NCBI GenBank assembly: GCA_031416315.1
Contig: JANOTL010000037.1
Span: 1 to 34,118, forward strand
Reading direction: 5' to 3'
From: Pseudomonadota bacterium
Lineage (GTDB): Bacteria; Bdellovibrionota_B; Oligoflexia; Oligoflexales; CAIYRB01
DNA length: 34,118 nt
A model generated the notes under the pieces. The model searched no databases, was not told the origin of the DNA, and saw only the letters and a program-made list of their open reading frames with translations. This document shows positions 8,992 through 17,900 of this stretch, piece after piece (position 1 is the first letter of the stretch; the number at the start of each line of letters is the position of its first letter). The position numbers were made by a program, and so were the translations under genes.

Positions 8992-9990
8992 TCAGCGTCG
9001 CGCTCCGCCCCACTCCACCACCGTGAAGCCGCGACGCTCAGGAGCCGCGGGCAACTCTTGCGGTGTCACCGCGATCGGCCGCTCCAGCGGTTGGAACAGC
9101 ATGAAGACGCGAAGCACCGTATCCGGGGTCGGCGTGACGGAAAGCTTCGCGATTTGGGCGTGCTCTTCCGGGGCGAATTTGATCAAGTTGAACGGGCTCT
9201 CCAGCAAGCTCCCCAACCAATAGGTGACAAAGTCGTCCGACTCACGCTGGTTCAGCCCGAGCCTCTTCATGGTCTCGATCAAAAATCCTTGCGAATCCGA
9301 CGCGGAGACGACGAAGCCCGAATCCATCGGAATCGCGGCGAGGCGCTGCGAGTGACCCTCCCAAAACAGGTAGCCGTGCTCGGCGCCTGCGGCGTCCCGC
9401 AACGTGCCGTCTGGCGAGGCCACGACGTCCCAGCTGGGATGCTGCAGATCAGCGACCTGCGGATGGGCGATCTTCATAATGCCGGCGAAATCGACTTCGA
9501 CGCGCACCGCGGTCTCGGTCTCCGGATAGAGGTAGATCACGGGCTTCTTGTCGCCGCCGGAAGGGGCCGCGTCGGAGGTCGTGAACGACCAAACGTACGC
9601 CTTGGCGAGCGCCTTGCCGGCCTTCGACTTGATCGCCGTTGACAGCTCGACTTTGTAGGTCTGACTCGGCCGCAGTGCGGCATCGATCGACAGCGTCTTG
9701 TCGGTGGCTGCGTAGTCGACCTCGAACTCCGGCGACGTGTCGCCGACGGTCAGCTTGACGCTGCCCTTGACGAGCGTCGTCTCGTCCATCTCCTCGTTGA
9801 ATCGGACGTAGAACGAGGTGCCGGTCGGGACGCCGGTCTTTCCGTCAGTCGGCGAGACGCTCGCGATCAGCGCGTCCGTCGCCGCAGCCGCCGTCGGCTT
9901 CGCGTCGGACTCCGCCTCGGAGTCGTCTTTGCCACAGGCGCCCAAGGACGCCGCCACCAGCCACCATGTGAGTAAATATGATTCGCGCAT
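8992..9990 (-). CDS. Lipoprotein with bacterial Ig-like (Big_5-type) domain and KPVIYLYP...VVEWGG domain
   Basis: Lipobox LGAC; SVSPTDGKTGVP...VRFNEEMD...YVWSFTT; C-terminal KKPVIYLYP, YLFWEG, DFVTYW and GFTVVEWGG. Start placed at ATG 9990 to give a normal-length signal peptide. Confidence 0.8.
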   Translation of the reverse strand: MRESYLLTWWLVAASLGACGKDDSEAESDAKPTAAAATDALIASVSPTDGKTGVPTGTSFYVRFNEEMDETTLVKGSVKLTVGDTSPEFEVDYAATDKTLSIDAALRPSQTYKVELSTAIKSKAGKALAKAYVWSFTTSDAAPSGGDKKPVIYLYPETETAVRVEVDFAGIMKIAHPQVADLQHPSWDVVASPDGTLRDAAGAEHGYLFWEGHSQRLAAIPMDSGFVVSASDSQGFLIETMKRLGLNQRESDDFVTYWLGSLLESPFNLIKFAPEEHAQIAKLSVTPTPDTVLRVFMLFQPLERPIAVTPQELPAAPERRGFTVVEWGGARR

Positions 9991-10204
9991 AACGATGGTT
10001 CGTCCGCAACCCGGATGCACTTGAGCGTCCCGCCAAAATGACCGGTACGGTTTCGATACCGATTGACCCGCCAGCGGTGCAGAAACGAACCAGTCCAGGC
10101 GCCAATACCGGCCGATCTCACCCTATGATCAGGGGGTTCCGCCACCCTTTGGCTTGGCTTGAAAGCTGCAACCTCCAAGCGGTGATCCCCTCTTGGAGTG
10201 CCCG

Positions 10205-11236
10205 ATGACGGTTGCCGCAACCCTGACGATCGGCCATCTGCAAGACCTCTTCTATCGTTGCAAGTACTCGGAGCTCCTCCGGGCCCTCGCGCTCCACGAG
10301 GAAGAAGTCGGGGAGCTCGACGCCGAGATGACGCTCATCAAGGCGAGCACCTTGTTCGAGATGCATCGCGTCGGCGACGCGAACGAGGCCCTCCGCTCGG
10401 TCAGCCAGCGCAAAGACACCTTCGACGAGAACTATCTCCACGCCCTCGCCCGCGTTTCGTACGCGGACGACCAGATCGACGAGGCGCGCCGCGTCTGGCA
10501 GGAAATTCATGACACCACCGACAACCCGCGGCACCGTTTCAAATCGCTGCTCGGTCTCGTCAACACGCACTACCCGACCTTCGACGCTCCCGAGCTCCCG
10601 GCTATGATCAAGGCGCTCCAGAGCTTCGAGCCGCTCGAACGCTTGGACGAGCGCATCAGCCTCGCCATCCTTCTCGGCAACTACCATCTGTCGAAGCCCG
10701 AATCGCTGCCGCTGGCGCGCGAGTTCTTCAAGAAAGCCCTGTCGCTCGCGGCCGGCCAGACCTGGACCTACTTCATCACGCGGAGCCTGATCGGCCTCGC
10801 GCAGTACTACGAGCGCGAGAGCCGACAGTCCGAGATGATGTGGACCCTCGACATGCTGCAAGCCTTCGTCGACGAATCGGAGCAGCATTTCCAGAGCTTC
10901 CTCATCAACCAGCAGTTCGGCAGCTACTTCTCCATCAACACGCCGATGGAGTTCGACCCGTCAAACAAGCGCATCCTGATCAAGGATCGCTGGCTGCCGT
11001 TCCACGACCGGCCCCTCCTGTTCGAGTTCCTGATCCTCCTGCACAACAGCGCACGATTCGTTGACAAGCAAGCCATTGCCGAACATCTTTGGCCTAGCGA
11101 GTCCTACAAGCCGCGCCTGCACGACCCGCGAATCTTCGACATCGCGAAAAGGGCGCGAGCGATGATCGAGACCTACGAAAATCAACCGGTCGTCCTGCTC
11201 TCGGGCCGCACCGGATACAAGTTGGCTAGCATCTAA
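10205..11236 (+). CDS. Putative transcriptional regulator: helical TPR-like N-terminus + C-terminal winged-helix domain
   Basis: GGAG RBS before ATG 10205; helical repeats (AREFFKKALSLA); C-terminal KQAIAEHLW...IFDIAKRARAMIE...GRTGYKL resembles an OmpR-type wHTH. Confidence 0.75.
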   Translation: MTVAATLTIGHLQDLFYRCKYSELLRALALHEEEVGELDAEMTLIKASTLFEMHRVGDANEALRSVSQRKDTFDENYLHALARVSYADDQIDEARRVWQEIHDTTDNPRHRFKSLLGLVNTHYPTFDAPELPAMIKALQSFEPLERLDERISLAILLGNYHLSKPESLPLAREFFKKALSLAAGQTWTYFITRSLIGLAQYYERESRQSEMMWTLDMLQAFVDESEQHFQSFLINQQFGSYFSINTPMEFDPSNKRILIKDRWLPFHDRPLLFEFLILLHNSARFVDKQAIAEHLWPSESYKPRLHDPRIFDIAKRARAMIETYENQPVVLLSGRTGYKLASI

Positions 11237-11254
11237 AAATCTAGGGGAACGGAT

Positions 11255-11812
11255 ATGAAAAGTTTCATCCACAATGCGGCCCTGGCGCTCCTGCTAGCCG
11301 CAGTCGCACCCGCGGCCTTCGGCAACGGCGGGACCATTCCGCTGCGCCTCGGCAACGGCGGCACCAATCCTCTGCGCATGAACGGCAACGCGATCAGCAT
11401 GAACGGTGTCCAACAAGTTCCAGCGCAGATGGCGATCACGCAGGTGACGCGAGCGGAGATGAGTCCAGCGCAAGGCGCGACGCTCGTCTGCCAGATCGCT
11501 GGACAGAACGTGTCGAAGCACGCCGCCCAAGGGACCGTCGCCGTCGACAGCGGCAACTACACGGTGAAGGGAATTTGCTTCAACCACGACAACAACGCGA
11601 TGGAGATCGTCGCCGAACGCGGCGCCGGCCAAACGTTGGAGCGCACCTACATGACCGGACCGCTCCTCGTCGAAGAGCCACGCAGCTTCGCCGGTCGCCT
11701 CGTCGTGAACGGCTCGTCGCCGCACTCGGGTCGCTACAACTTCGACATCCGTTGCCCGGAAGGCCGACGTGACGATGGCGAAGGTCACTACGAGCTCGTG
11801 CCGCAAGACTGA
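11255..11812 (+). CDS. Secreted hypothetical protein with N-terminal tandem peptide repeats
   Basis: Signal peptide MKSFIHNAALALLLAAVAPAAFG followed by GNGGTxPLR(L/M) x2; starts 18 nt after the regulator stop. Confidence 0.8.
   Translation: MKSFIHNAALALLLAAVAPAAFGNGGTIPLRLGNGGTNPLRMNGNAISMNGVQQVPAQMAITQVTRAEMSPAQGATLVCQIAGQNVSKHAAQGTVAVDSGNYTVKGICFNHDNNAMEIVAERGAGQTLERTYMTGPLLVEEPRSFAGRLVVNGSSPHSGRYNFDIRCPEGRRDDGEGHYELVPQD
11321..11380 (+). repeat. 30-bp coding tandem repeat, 2 copies (25/30 identical)
   Basis: ggcaacggcgggaccattccgctgcgcctc / ggcaacggcggcaccaatcctctgcgcatg. Confidence 0.9.
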
Positions 11813-11846
11813 CCGAAGCAGACTGATTCCAAGGACGAACGGAACT

Positions 11847-11880
11847 AAGAGGGCCGGGTCATGAGACCCTGCCCTCTTTC
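11847..11880 (+). terminator. Probable intrinsic terminator hairpin
   Basis: aagagggc-c-gggtc [atga] gaccc-t-gccctctt, 34 nt after the stop codon; T tract is short. Confidence 0.55.
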
Positions 11881-11977
11881 GCGCGCAAGCTGGCGAGACC
11901 ATTGGGGCGACCGCAAATCCTAAGATTTTTCCAGGATTTGGCCGAAATGAACGGTGTTAATTGCTCCGGAGAGCCTC

Positions 11978-13126
11978 TTGCCTGTCCTCGCTCCCACGAC
12001 CCGCATCCTAGCGGCTTGGCTCGGCCTGACCCTGGCGGCCGCTTGCAGCCCGGGCGAGGAGAAGCCGAAGAATGAGGCGAAAGACACGGGAAGCGGTGGC
12101 ACCTCCGCGCCAGCCGCCCCCGCCGCGGAGCCGGCTTCCGAATCCGCGGACGTTCCGGCCTGGGTCAACTCGAGCTACCTCACCTGCTCGTGGCAAAGCG
12201 CTCCCGACGCCGAAAATGCCGGCGTTTCCTGTGGCATGGTGAACCAGGCCGGTGAAAGCGTCACCGTGCCTGCATCATTTGAATGGAAGGTCCTCAACGG
12301 CGACGATCAGCCCTTGAGCGATGGCATCACATCGACCCCGGTCGCGGGCGGCAAAGAGGTCCTCCTCGTCCAAAACGCCACCAAGATCGCGGGCCGCAGC
12401 GTCAGCGCCAAGCTGGTCGACGGCGCCCTCGTGAAGAACTTGATCGTCCGCTTCAAGGACGTCTTGCAGGGCTTCAAAGGCGACGACAATAGGCTCCAGA
12501 GCTGCTTCGACGCCCAGCTTTCCGTAAAAGACTGCTTCGACGCCGTCGGGATCAAGCTGCCCACGAGCGACGACCTCATCGGCAAAGAGACGGTGGTCCG
12601 CGTCAAGGCCTGCGACGCCTACAAGGGTATCCTGCCAGACGGCGCCGCCTGCGAGCTGAAGACGGACGGCATGACCGGCGATTTCGACATCGCCGTAAGC
12701 CAATTCCAGTACGGCGACGGCATCATCAACGCCGACGGGGTCGTCAAGGCCGCCGATTTCTGCGACGCCAATGGCGTGAAGCCGGCCTATTCTGCCGCCG
12801 GCCCGACCGACGTAAAAACGCGCTGGTACCCCTACTTCGGCAAGCTCGACGGGCAGTCGCGCCACTATTGCTTCGAGAAATTCAAGATCGATACGCCGCT
12901 CGAGTCCCACCTCTTGTTCGACCCCGCCCACGGCGTTGGCGGCGAGCCGTACTGCTACTTCATCCTGATCGAGGAGCCGATTCTCACAGTCGGCACCTAC
13001 ACCCGCATGCATATCCTGCTGAATCCGAAACTCTTTCCGGACAAAGCGGCGAACCCAGCGACACTGACGACCGAGACCCTGCGGAAGACGGTCGATTTTT
13101 TCAAGTGCGCGTTCGACGCGAATTGA
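11978..13126 (+). CDS. Cysteine-rich lipoprotein, function unknown
   Basis: GGAG before TTG 11978; lipobox LAAAC; low-complexity tether; 10 further Cys. Confidence 0.75.
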   Translation: MPVLAPTTRILAAWLGLTLAAACSPGEEKPKNEAKDTGSGGTSAPAAPAAEPASESADVPAWVNSSYLTCSWQSAPDAENAGVSCGMVNQAGESVTVPASFEWKVLNGDDQPLSDGITSTPVAGGKEVLLVQNATKIAGRSVSAKLVDGALVKNLIVRFKDVLQGFKGDDNRLQSCFDAQLSVKDCFDAVGIKLPTSDDLIGKETVVRVKACDAYKGILPDGAACELKTDGMTGDFDIAVSQFQYGDGIINADGVVKAADFCDANGVKPAYSAAGPTDVKTRWYPYFGKLDGQSRHYCFEKFKIDTPLESHLLFDPAHGVGGEPYCYFILIEEPILTVGTYTRMHILLNPKLFPDKAANPATLTTETLRKTVDFFKCAFDAN

Positions 13127-13159
13127 CACGGCCGCGACGATGCCTTATTTCCGCATCGT

Positions 13160-13900
13160 ATGCCGATCCCTTCCCGCACCGCTCGCCTCCTCGACACGCG
13201 CATCTGCGACCTGGGCCTAGAGCTCGAAGGCTCCTGGCTCGCACCGCAGGTCTCGACGCTGCATCGGGAGCTTGCGCGCGTCGGGCTTGTGCGTTTCCGC
13301 CCGCGGGTCTACCTGGGCGACGAGTGGTTTAGCCCAGAAGGGCTGCCGGCGATCGCGGCCCCTTTCTACCTGGCGCACCCCAGGCTGATGCGCCTCGAGC
13401 AGCGCTTCGCGCGCGCCGTGGAGGGCGGGACCCCGGCATTTTGCCGGAAGCTTTTGCGCCACGAGGCCGGGCACTGCTTCGACCACGCCTACCGCGTGTC
13501 GCGACGGCCGGAGTGGCGGCGTCTGTTCGGGGATCCACGCCGCAAGCGCTACGATCCCGATGCGCACGTCGGCGATCCGGCGCGCGCGCACGAGTTCGTC
13601 GCGAACCTGCCCGGCCTGTATGCGCAGGCGCACCCGGACGAGGACTTCGCGGAGACCTTCGCCGTGGTCGTCGCGGGCGGTGCCTGGGAGACCGCCTATC
13701 GCAGCAAGCCCGTCGCTCTGGCGAAGCTCCGCTACGTTGCGGCCCTCATCGCGGAACACGGGCAAATCCTGCCGCGCGCCCGGGACGACGGCTCGACCTG
13801 CTATGCGGCGAAGCGGATGCGTTTGACATTGCGGCGCTTTTACGCGCGTCGCGCGGCCGACGAGGCCCGTATCACGCGGCGCAAGCAACGTCCCCACTAG
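13160..13900 (+). CDS. Putative zinc-binding (zincin-like) metallopeptidase
   Basis: HEAGH (HExxH) plus YAQAHPDEDFAETFA, and PFYLAHPRL. Confidence 0.8.
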   Translation: MPIPSRTARLLDTRICDLGLELEGSWLAPQVSTLHRELARVGLVRFRPRVYLGDEWFSPEGLPAIAAPFYLAHPRLMRLEQRFARAVEGGTPAFCRKLLRHEAGHCFDHAYRVSRRPEWRRLFGDPRRKRYDPDAHVGDPARAHEFVANLPGLYAQAHPDEDFAETFAVVVAGGAWETAYRSKPVALAKLRYVAALIAEHGQILPRARDDGSTCYAAKRMRLTLRRFYARRAADEARITRRKQRPH

Positions 13901-13955
13901 CGTCAAGCCCTTGGCGGAGGCGCCGAAGGCCCGGAAGCGCGATAAAATAAGGGGA

Positions 13956-14969
13956 ATGTCGCGCTCTCTCCAAGTCCTCGTCCTCTTCGACGTCCCTTAT
14001 GCGCCGCCCAACGGCCGGGACTATCGCTCTTTCATGAAGGGCGCCGAATGGAAGGACGAGCGAGACGTGGTGCGCACCTTGCTAAAGCTCGGACACAAGG
14101 TGCAGACCTTCGGCATCCACGACGACGTGGCGCCGCTGGTCGAGTACATTCAGCGGGAGCGCCCCGACGTCGTCTTCAACCTCTGCGAATCGTTCAACAC
14201 GGATCGCAAGCACGAGCCCAATCTTACCGGGCTTCTCGAGCTCCTGCAGGTGCCGTACACGGGCGCTCCGCCCGAGTCTCTGTCCTTGTGCAAAGACAAA
14301 GGGCTGACGAAGAAGCTTTTGACCTTTCACGACGTGCGGGTCCCGCGCTTCGTCGTCTCGTTCAAGAGCCGACCGGCGCGGAAGATCCCGGCCGATTTCT
14401 CGTTCCCCGCGATCGTAAAGCCCTTGTCGTTGGAGTCCAGTGAAGGGATCGCGCGCGCCTCGATAGTGCACGACGCGGACGAATGCCTCGACCGGCTGCG
14501 CTTCCTGCACGATTCCCTCGAATGCGACGCGATCGCGGAGGAGTTCATCGACGGGCGCGAGCTTTACGTCGGCGTGCTCGGCAACGAGCGGCTCACGGTG
14601 CTCCCGCCGACCGAGCTGTTCTTCAAGCAGCTGCCGGAGCGGACGCCCCGGATCCTGACGTACAAGGCGAAGTGGGACGAGACTTATCGCAAGAAATACG
14701 GGATCGACAGCGCTGCGGCGCGCAAGATCCCGAAGCAGACGCTCGAGCAGATCAACGACGCCGTGAAGACGACGTACCGGCTCCTGAAGCTGAAGGGCTA
14801 CGCGCGCGTCGACCTGCGGCTCGACGCGAATGACGTGGCCGTCGTGCTCGAGGTCAACCCGAATCCTTCGATCAAGCGCACGGACGATTTCGCCTGGGCG
14901 GCGAAGCAGGCGGGAATCGAGTATGACGAGTTGATCGAGAAGATCGTGAGTTTGGCGCTCGCGAGCTAG
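13956..14969 (+). CDS. ATP-grasp amide ligase, D-Ala-D-Ala-ligase-like but non-canonical
   Basis: PDVVFNLCE, VPYTG, DKGLTK, IVKP...SSEGI, EEFIDGRE, YARVDLR and LEVNPNP motifs. Confidence 0.88.
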   Translation: MSRSLQVLVLFDVPYAPPNGRDYRSFMKGAEWKDERDVVRTLLKLGHKVQTFGIHDDVAPLVEYIQRERPDVVFNLCESFNTDRKHEPNLTGLLELLQVPYTGAPPESLSLCKDKGLTKKLLTFHDVRVPRFVVSFKSRPARKIPADFSFPAIVKPLSLESSEGIARASIVHDADECLDRLRFLHDSLECDAIAEEFIDGRELYVGVLGNERLTVLPPTELFFKQLPERTPRILTYKAKWDETYRKKYGIDSAAARKIPKQTLEQINDAVKTTYRLLKLKGYARVDLRLDANDVAVVLEVNPNPSIKRTDDFAWAAKQAGIEYDELIEKIVSLALAS

Positions 14970-14983
14970 GACGCTCGCGAGCG
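14956..14983. terminator. Hairpin between convergent genes, possible bidirectional terminator
   Basis: cgctcgcgagc-taggac-gctcgcgagcg: 11-bp perfect stem spanning the ligase stop; no T tract. Confidence 0.45.
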
Positions 14984-14991
14984 GGGACGGC

Positions 14992-17900
14992 TCATCGAAC
15001 CGGGATCGTTAGCACCGTCGCCGGCGCCACCGGATCCTGACCGCCGGTGGTCCGCAAATTGACGGTCGTCGAGTGCGTCCCGAGCAGCGCATTGCCGCTC
15101 GTGTCCGGCGTGACGGAGACTTTGACGGCGTCGCCCATGAACGTGAAGCTCGCCGTCGAGCCGACCGTCACCCCGTCCTTCGCGATGGCGATCCGGACGC
15201 GGCTGCGCTCGGTGTCGATGGCGTTGACGACGCCGAAAATGCGGTCGGCGTTGGCGTAGAGCGCGGCGGCGGGCGTCAAGGTGTCGAATGCGATCGTGTC
15301 GCCGACGCGAAGCGCAGGGCTCAGGACTGCGACTTGGGCGTCGCCGCCATACTCGAGCCAATCATGACGAGACTTCTTGACCGCCGCCCCCGCCCGGTGG
15401 GCGTAGCGAACGTTGGTGGTGAAATTGAGCTTGTTGAAGTCACGTTCGATCGTCTCGATGCGGAAGGTCTCTTCGTAGCTCATCAATTTGATCGCCGTGC
15501 CTTGCGGCAAGAGACGCGTCGCGGCGACGGGAATCTCGTTCGCCGAGACGATGGTGCCGACCGTGCGACGCAGCGGGGCGCGGTCGACGATGAGCTGGCC
15601 CTTCGTGGATACGATTCCGACGGCGCCGGTCAACGTGAACGTCGCGCCCGTCGTCGAAGTGCCGTTGATGGTGGCGCCCGTGGGACCGAGGGCGGCGCGC
15701 CGGGCTTTCGTGCTGGTCGGATAAGAATGGGTGACGTAACCGGGATCCGCGGCGAGAGTGACGGCATTCGTCGCGATGGTGGTGATCACCCGCGACGTGA
15801 CGAAAACGCCGTCGTCGAGCGTCACAGACTGGCCGACGACGAGACCGCTCGCGTCGTTAACGTTGATCACGCTCGCGGCCGCAGTGATCGAGGCAGTCGC
15901 CGTCAGCGTGAGGTTCTGCTCGGGGTCAAAAATCTGGACGGTCTCTCCCGCCATCAGCGCGACGTTCTCGGAGACGGTAAAGCCCGCGGTGTTCAGGTTC
16001 GCCACTGAAATGTTGCGCGTGAGATACTGGCCGTCGATGATGATCTCCTCGCCGGTCTGGTAGCCGTGCGCAGTGAGCGGGATCACGGTCGCGACGGTCT
16101 GAGCGGCGGTTGTCGCCTGATTGCTGGTCGAGGCCGCGATCGTGACGACATCGTTCGGGGCGAACAGGGTGGCGTCGGCGACGACGATCTCGTCGAGCTC
16201 GGTATCGGTGGCGGTCGCGAAATTGCTGGCGAGGTTGGTCGCCGCCTGATCGACGTCGGTGAACATCAAGTTGATGTCGTTCGCCATGGTGATGGTGACG
16301 CCGGAAATCGAAGCGCGCGTCTTCAGCTCCTCGCCGTCGACATCGACGTCGCCGTCGACGATCGTCGCGCCGGCCGGAATGTCTTTCTGGAGTTGGGCGG
16401 TGAGCTTCAGCTTGCTTGCTTCGACGACGTCGATCGAGGCCGTAGCCAATGTGACGTAACCTTCTTCGTCGTCGATCACGAACCTGATCGATTGACCCTT
16501 GTGGAATTGCGCGCCAGTGTCGGTGGTGATCACGACCTCGGCGACGCCGGCGAGATGGATGCCGACGGTCTTCGTCTCGACGGACGTGAGGCCTCTGATC
16601 GCCGGGGTCTCGATGAGCCGCACGACCGAGCCGACCGGGAAGTCGTGGTCAAGGTCGGCACTCAGCTTCAGACGGCCGGAAATCGTGTCGACGTGGGAGA
16701 TCGTCCGTCTCGCGAAGTTGTCGACGTCGACGAGGTCGGTCGCGAGCTTGACCAGGATCGTGTCGTTCTGGCCGAAGGTGCCGGCGAGTGCCGGGTCGAC
16801 GTAGATTTCGGCCTGGTCCAAAAAGGCCGGGACAGTGAGGGTCGCTTGCGGGCGCTTGAACGTCAGGGCCAGGTCGGTTTGCCATTCTTTCCGCGTCATC
16901 CACATCGACTCCGAGGCGACGACGCTGGTCAAGGCTCCCGAAAGCATCGCAAGGGTCGGCTGGTCCGCGGGTGCGGCTGCATCCATGAGCTCGGAAAAGG
17001 TGAGCGTCATTTTGCGAGTCGACGTCGGGTTCAACCATTCCGCGCGCCGCGATTTCAGCGTTTGGTCTGCATTCGTGACCTTTTCGATCACCGGCTTATA
17101 TGTGTCGGAGATGGCGAGCGGCTGGGCGACGGTGTTGATCGAGCTCTCCGTGCCGTCGAAGTCGACGGCGGTGACGACAAACTGCACCTGCTCGCCGGCG
17201 ACGAACTGGGTGTCGACGGTCAAAGTCGTGTAGAGGTTGGAGATCGCATACGTGAAGGTCCCATCCGGGCGGGACTCGTCGCCGAACGGCGTGAGCTCGG
17301 GGCCGTTGTGCTTCGACCAGATGCCGTTCTTCTGCTCGAACGTATTCCGCCAGTAGACGTTGTAGCCGCGCGCGTTCGCGACCTTGGCCCACTTGATGTG
17401 GAAGGTGGGCGAAGTGTTGTCGACGTAGTCGTCGACGGCCGACGCGCCCTGCAGTCCCTTCTTATAAAGCTTTTTGGCGTCGAAGACGTACGCCGTCTTC
17501 GCTTCCTGCTGCGGGAAAAGTCCAGGAGCCTGCGAGGCGAGCAGATCTCCAGCGGTCGCCGGGAGCACGTTGAAGATGACCGTGACGTCGCGCAACTCGT
17601 GCATCGCGCCGGTATCCGCGAAAATCGCGCGGACCGGACGGGCGATGACGATGCGGTAGTTGGTGTCGTCGTCGTTGTCGGCCAAGAGGTCGGCGGTGGG
17701 GTCGATGGTGTAGATCGTCTTGGTCGCGTCCCACGTCCCGGTGTAGGCGATCGGCGCGCCTTTCGGGTCATAAAATTCGACGAGGGCGTTGGCGGCGCGG
17801 CTGTCGGAGTAGGCCGTGTCGATCGGGCGGTTGAAGGTCAGAGAGATCGCGGCTGCAGGGTCGGCGAGGTAAACTTCGGGATTGTAGCCCGAAAGCGTCG

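Noticed and set aside
13956..14969. Calling the ligase ddl
   Set aside because: It lacks the Ddl-specific motifs and cell-wall gene context.
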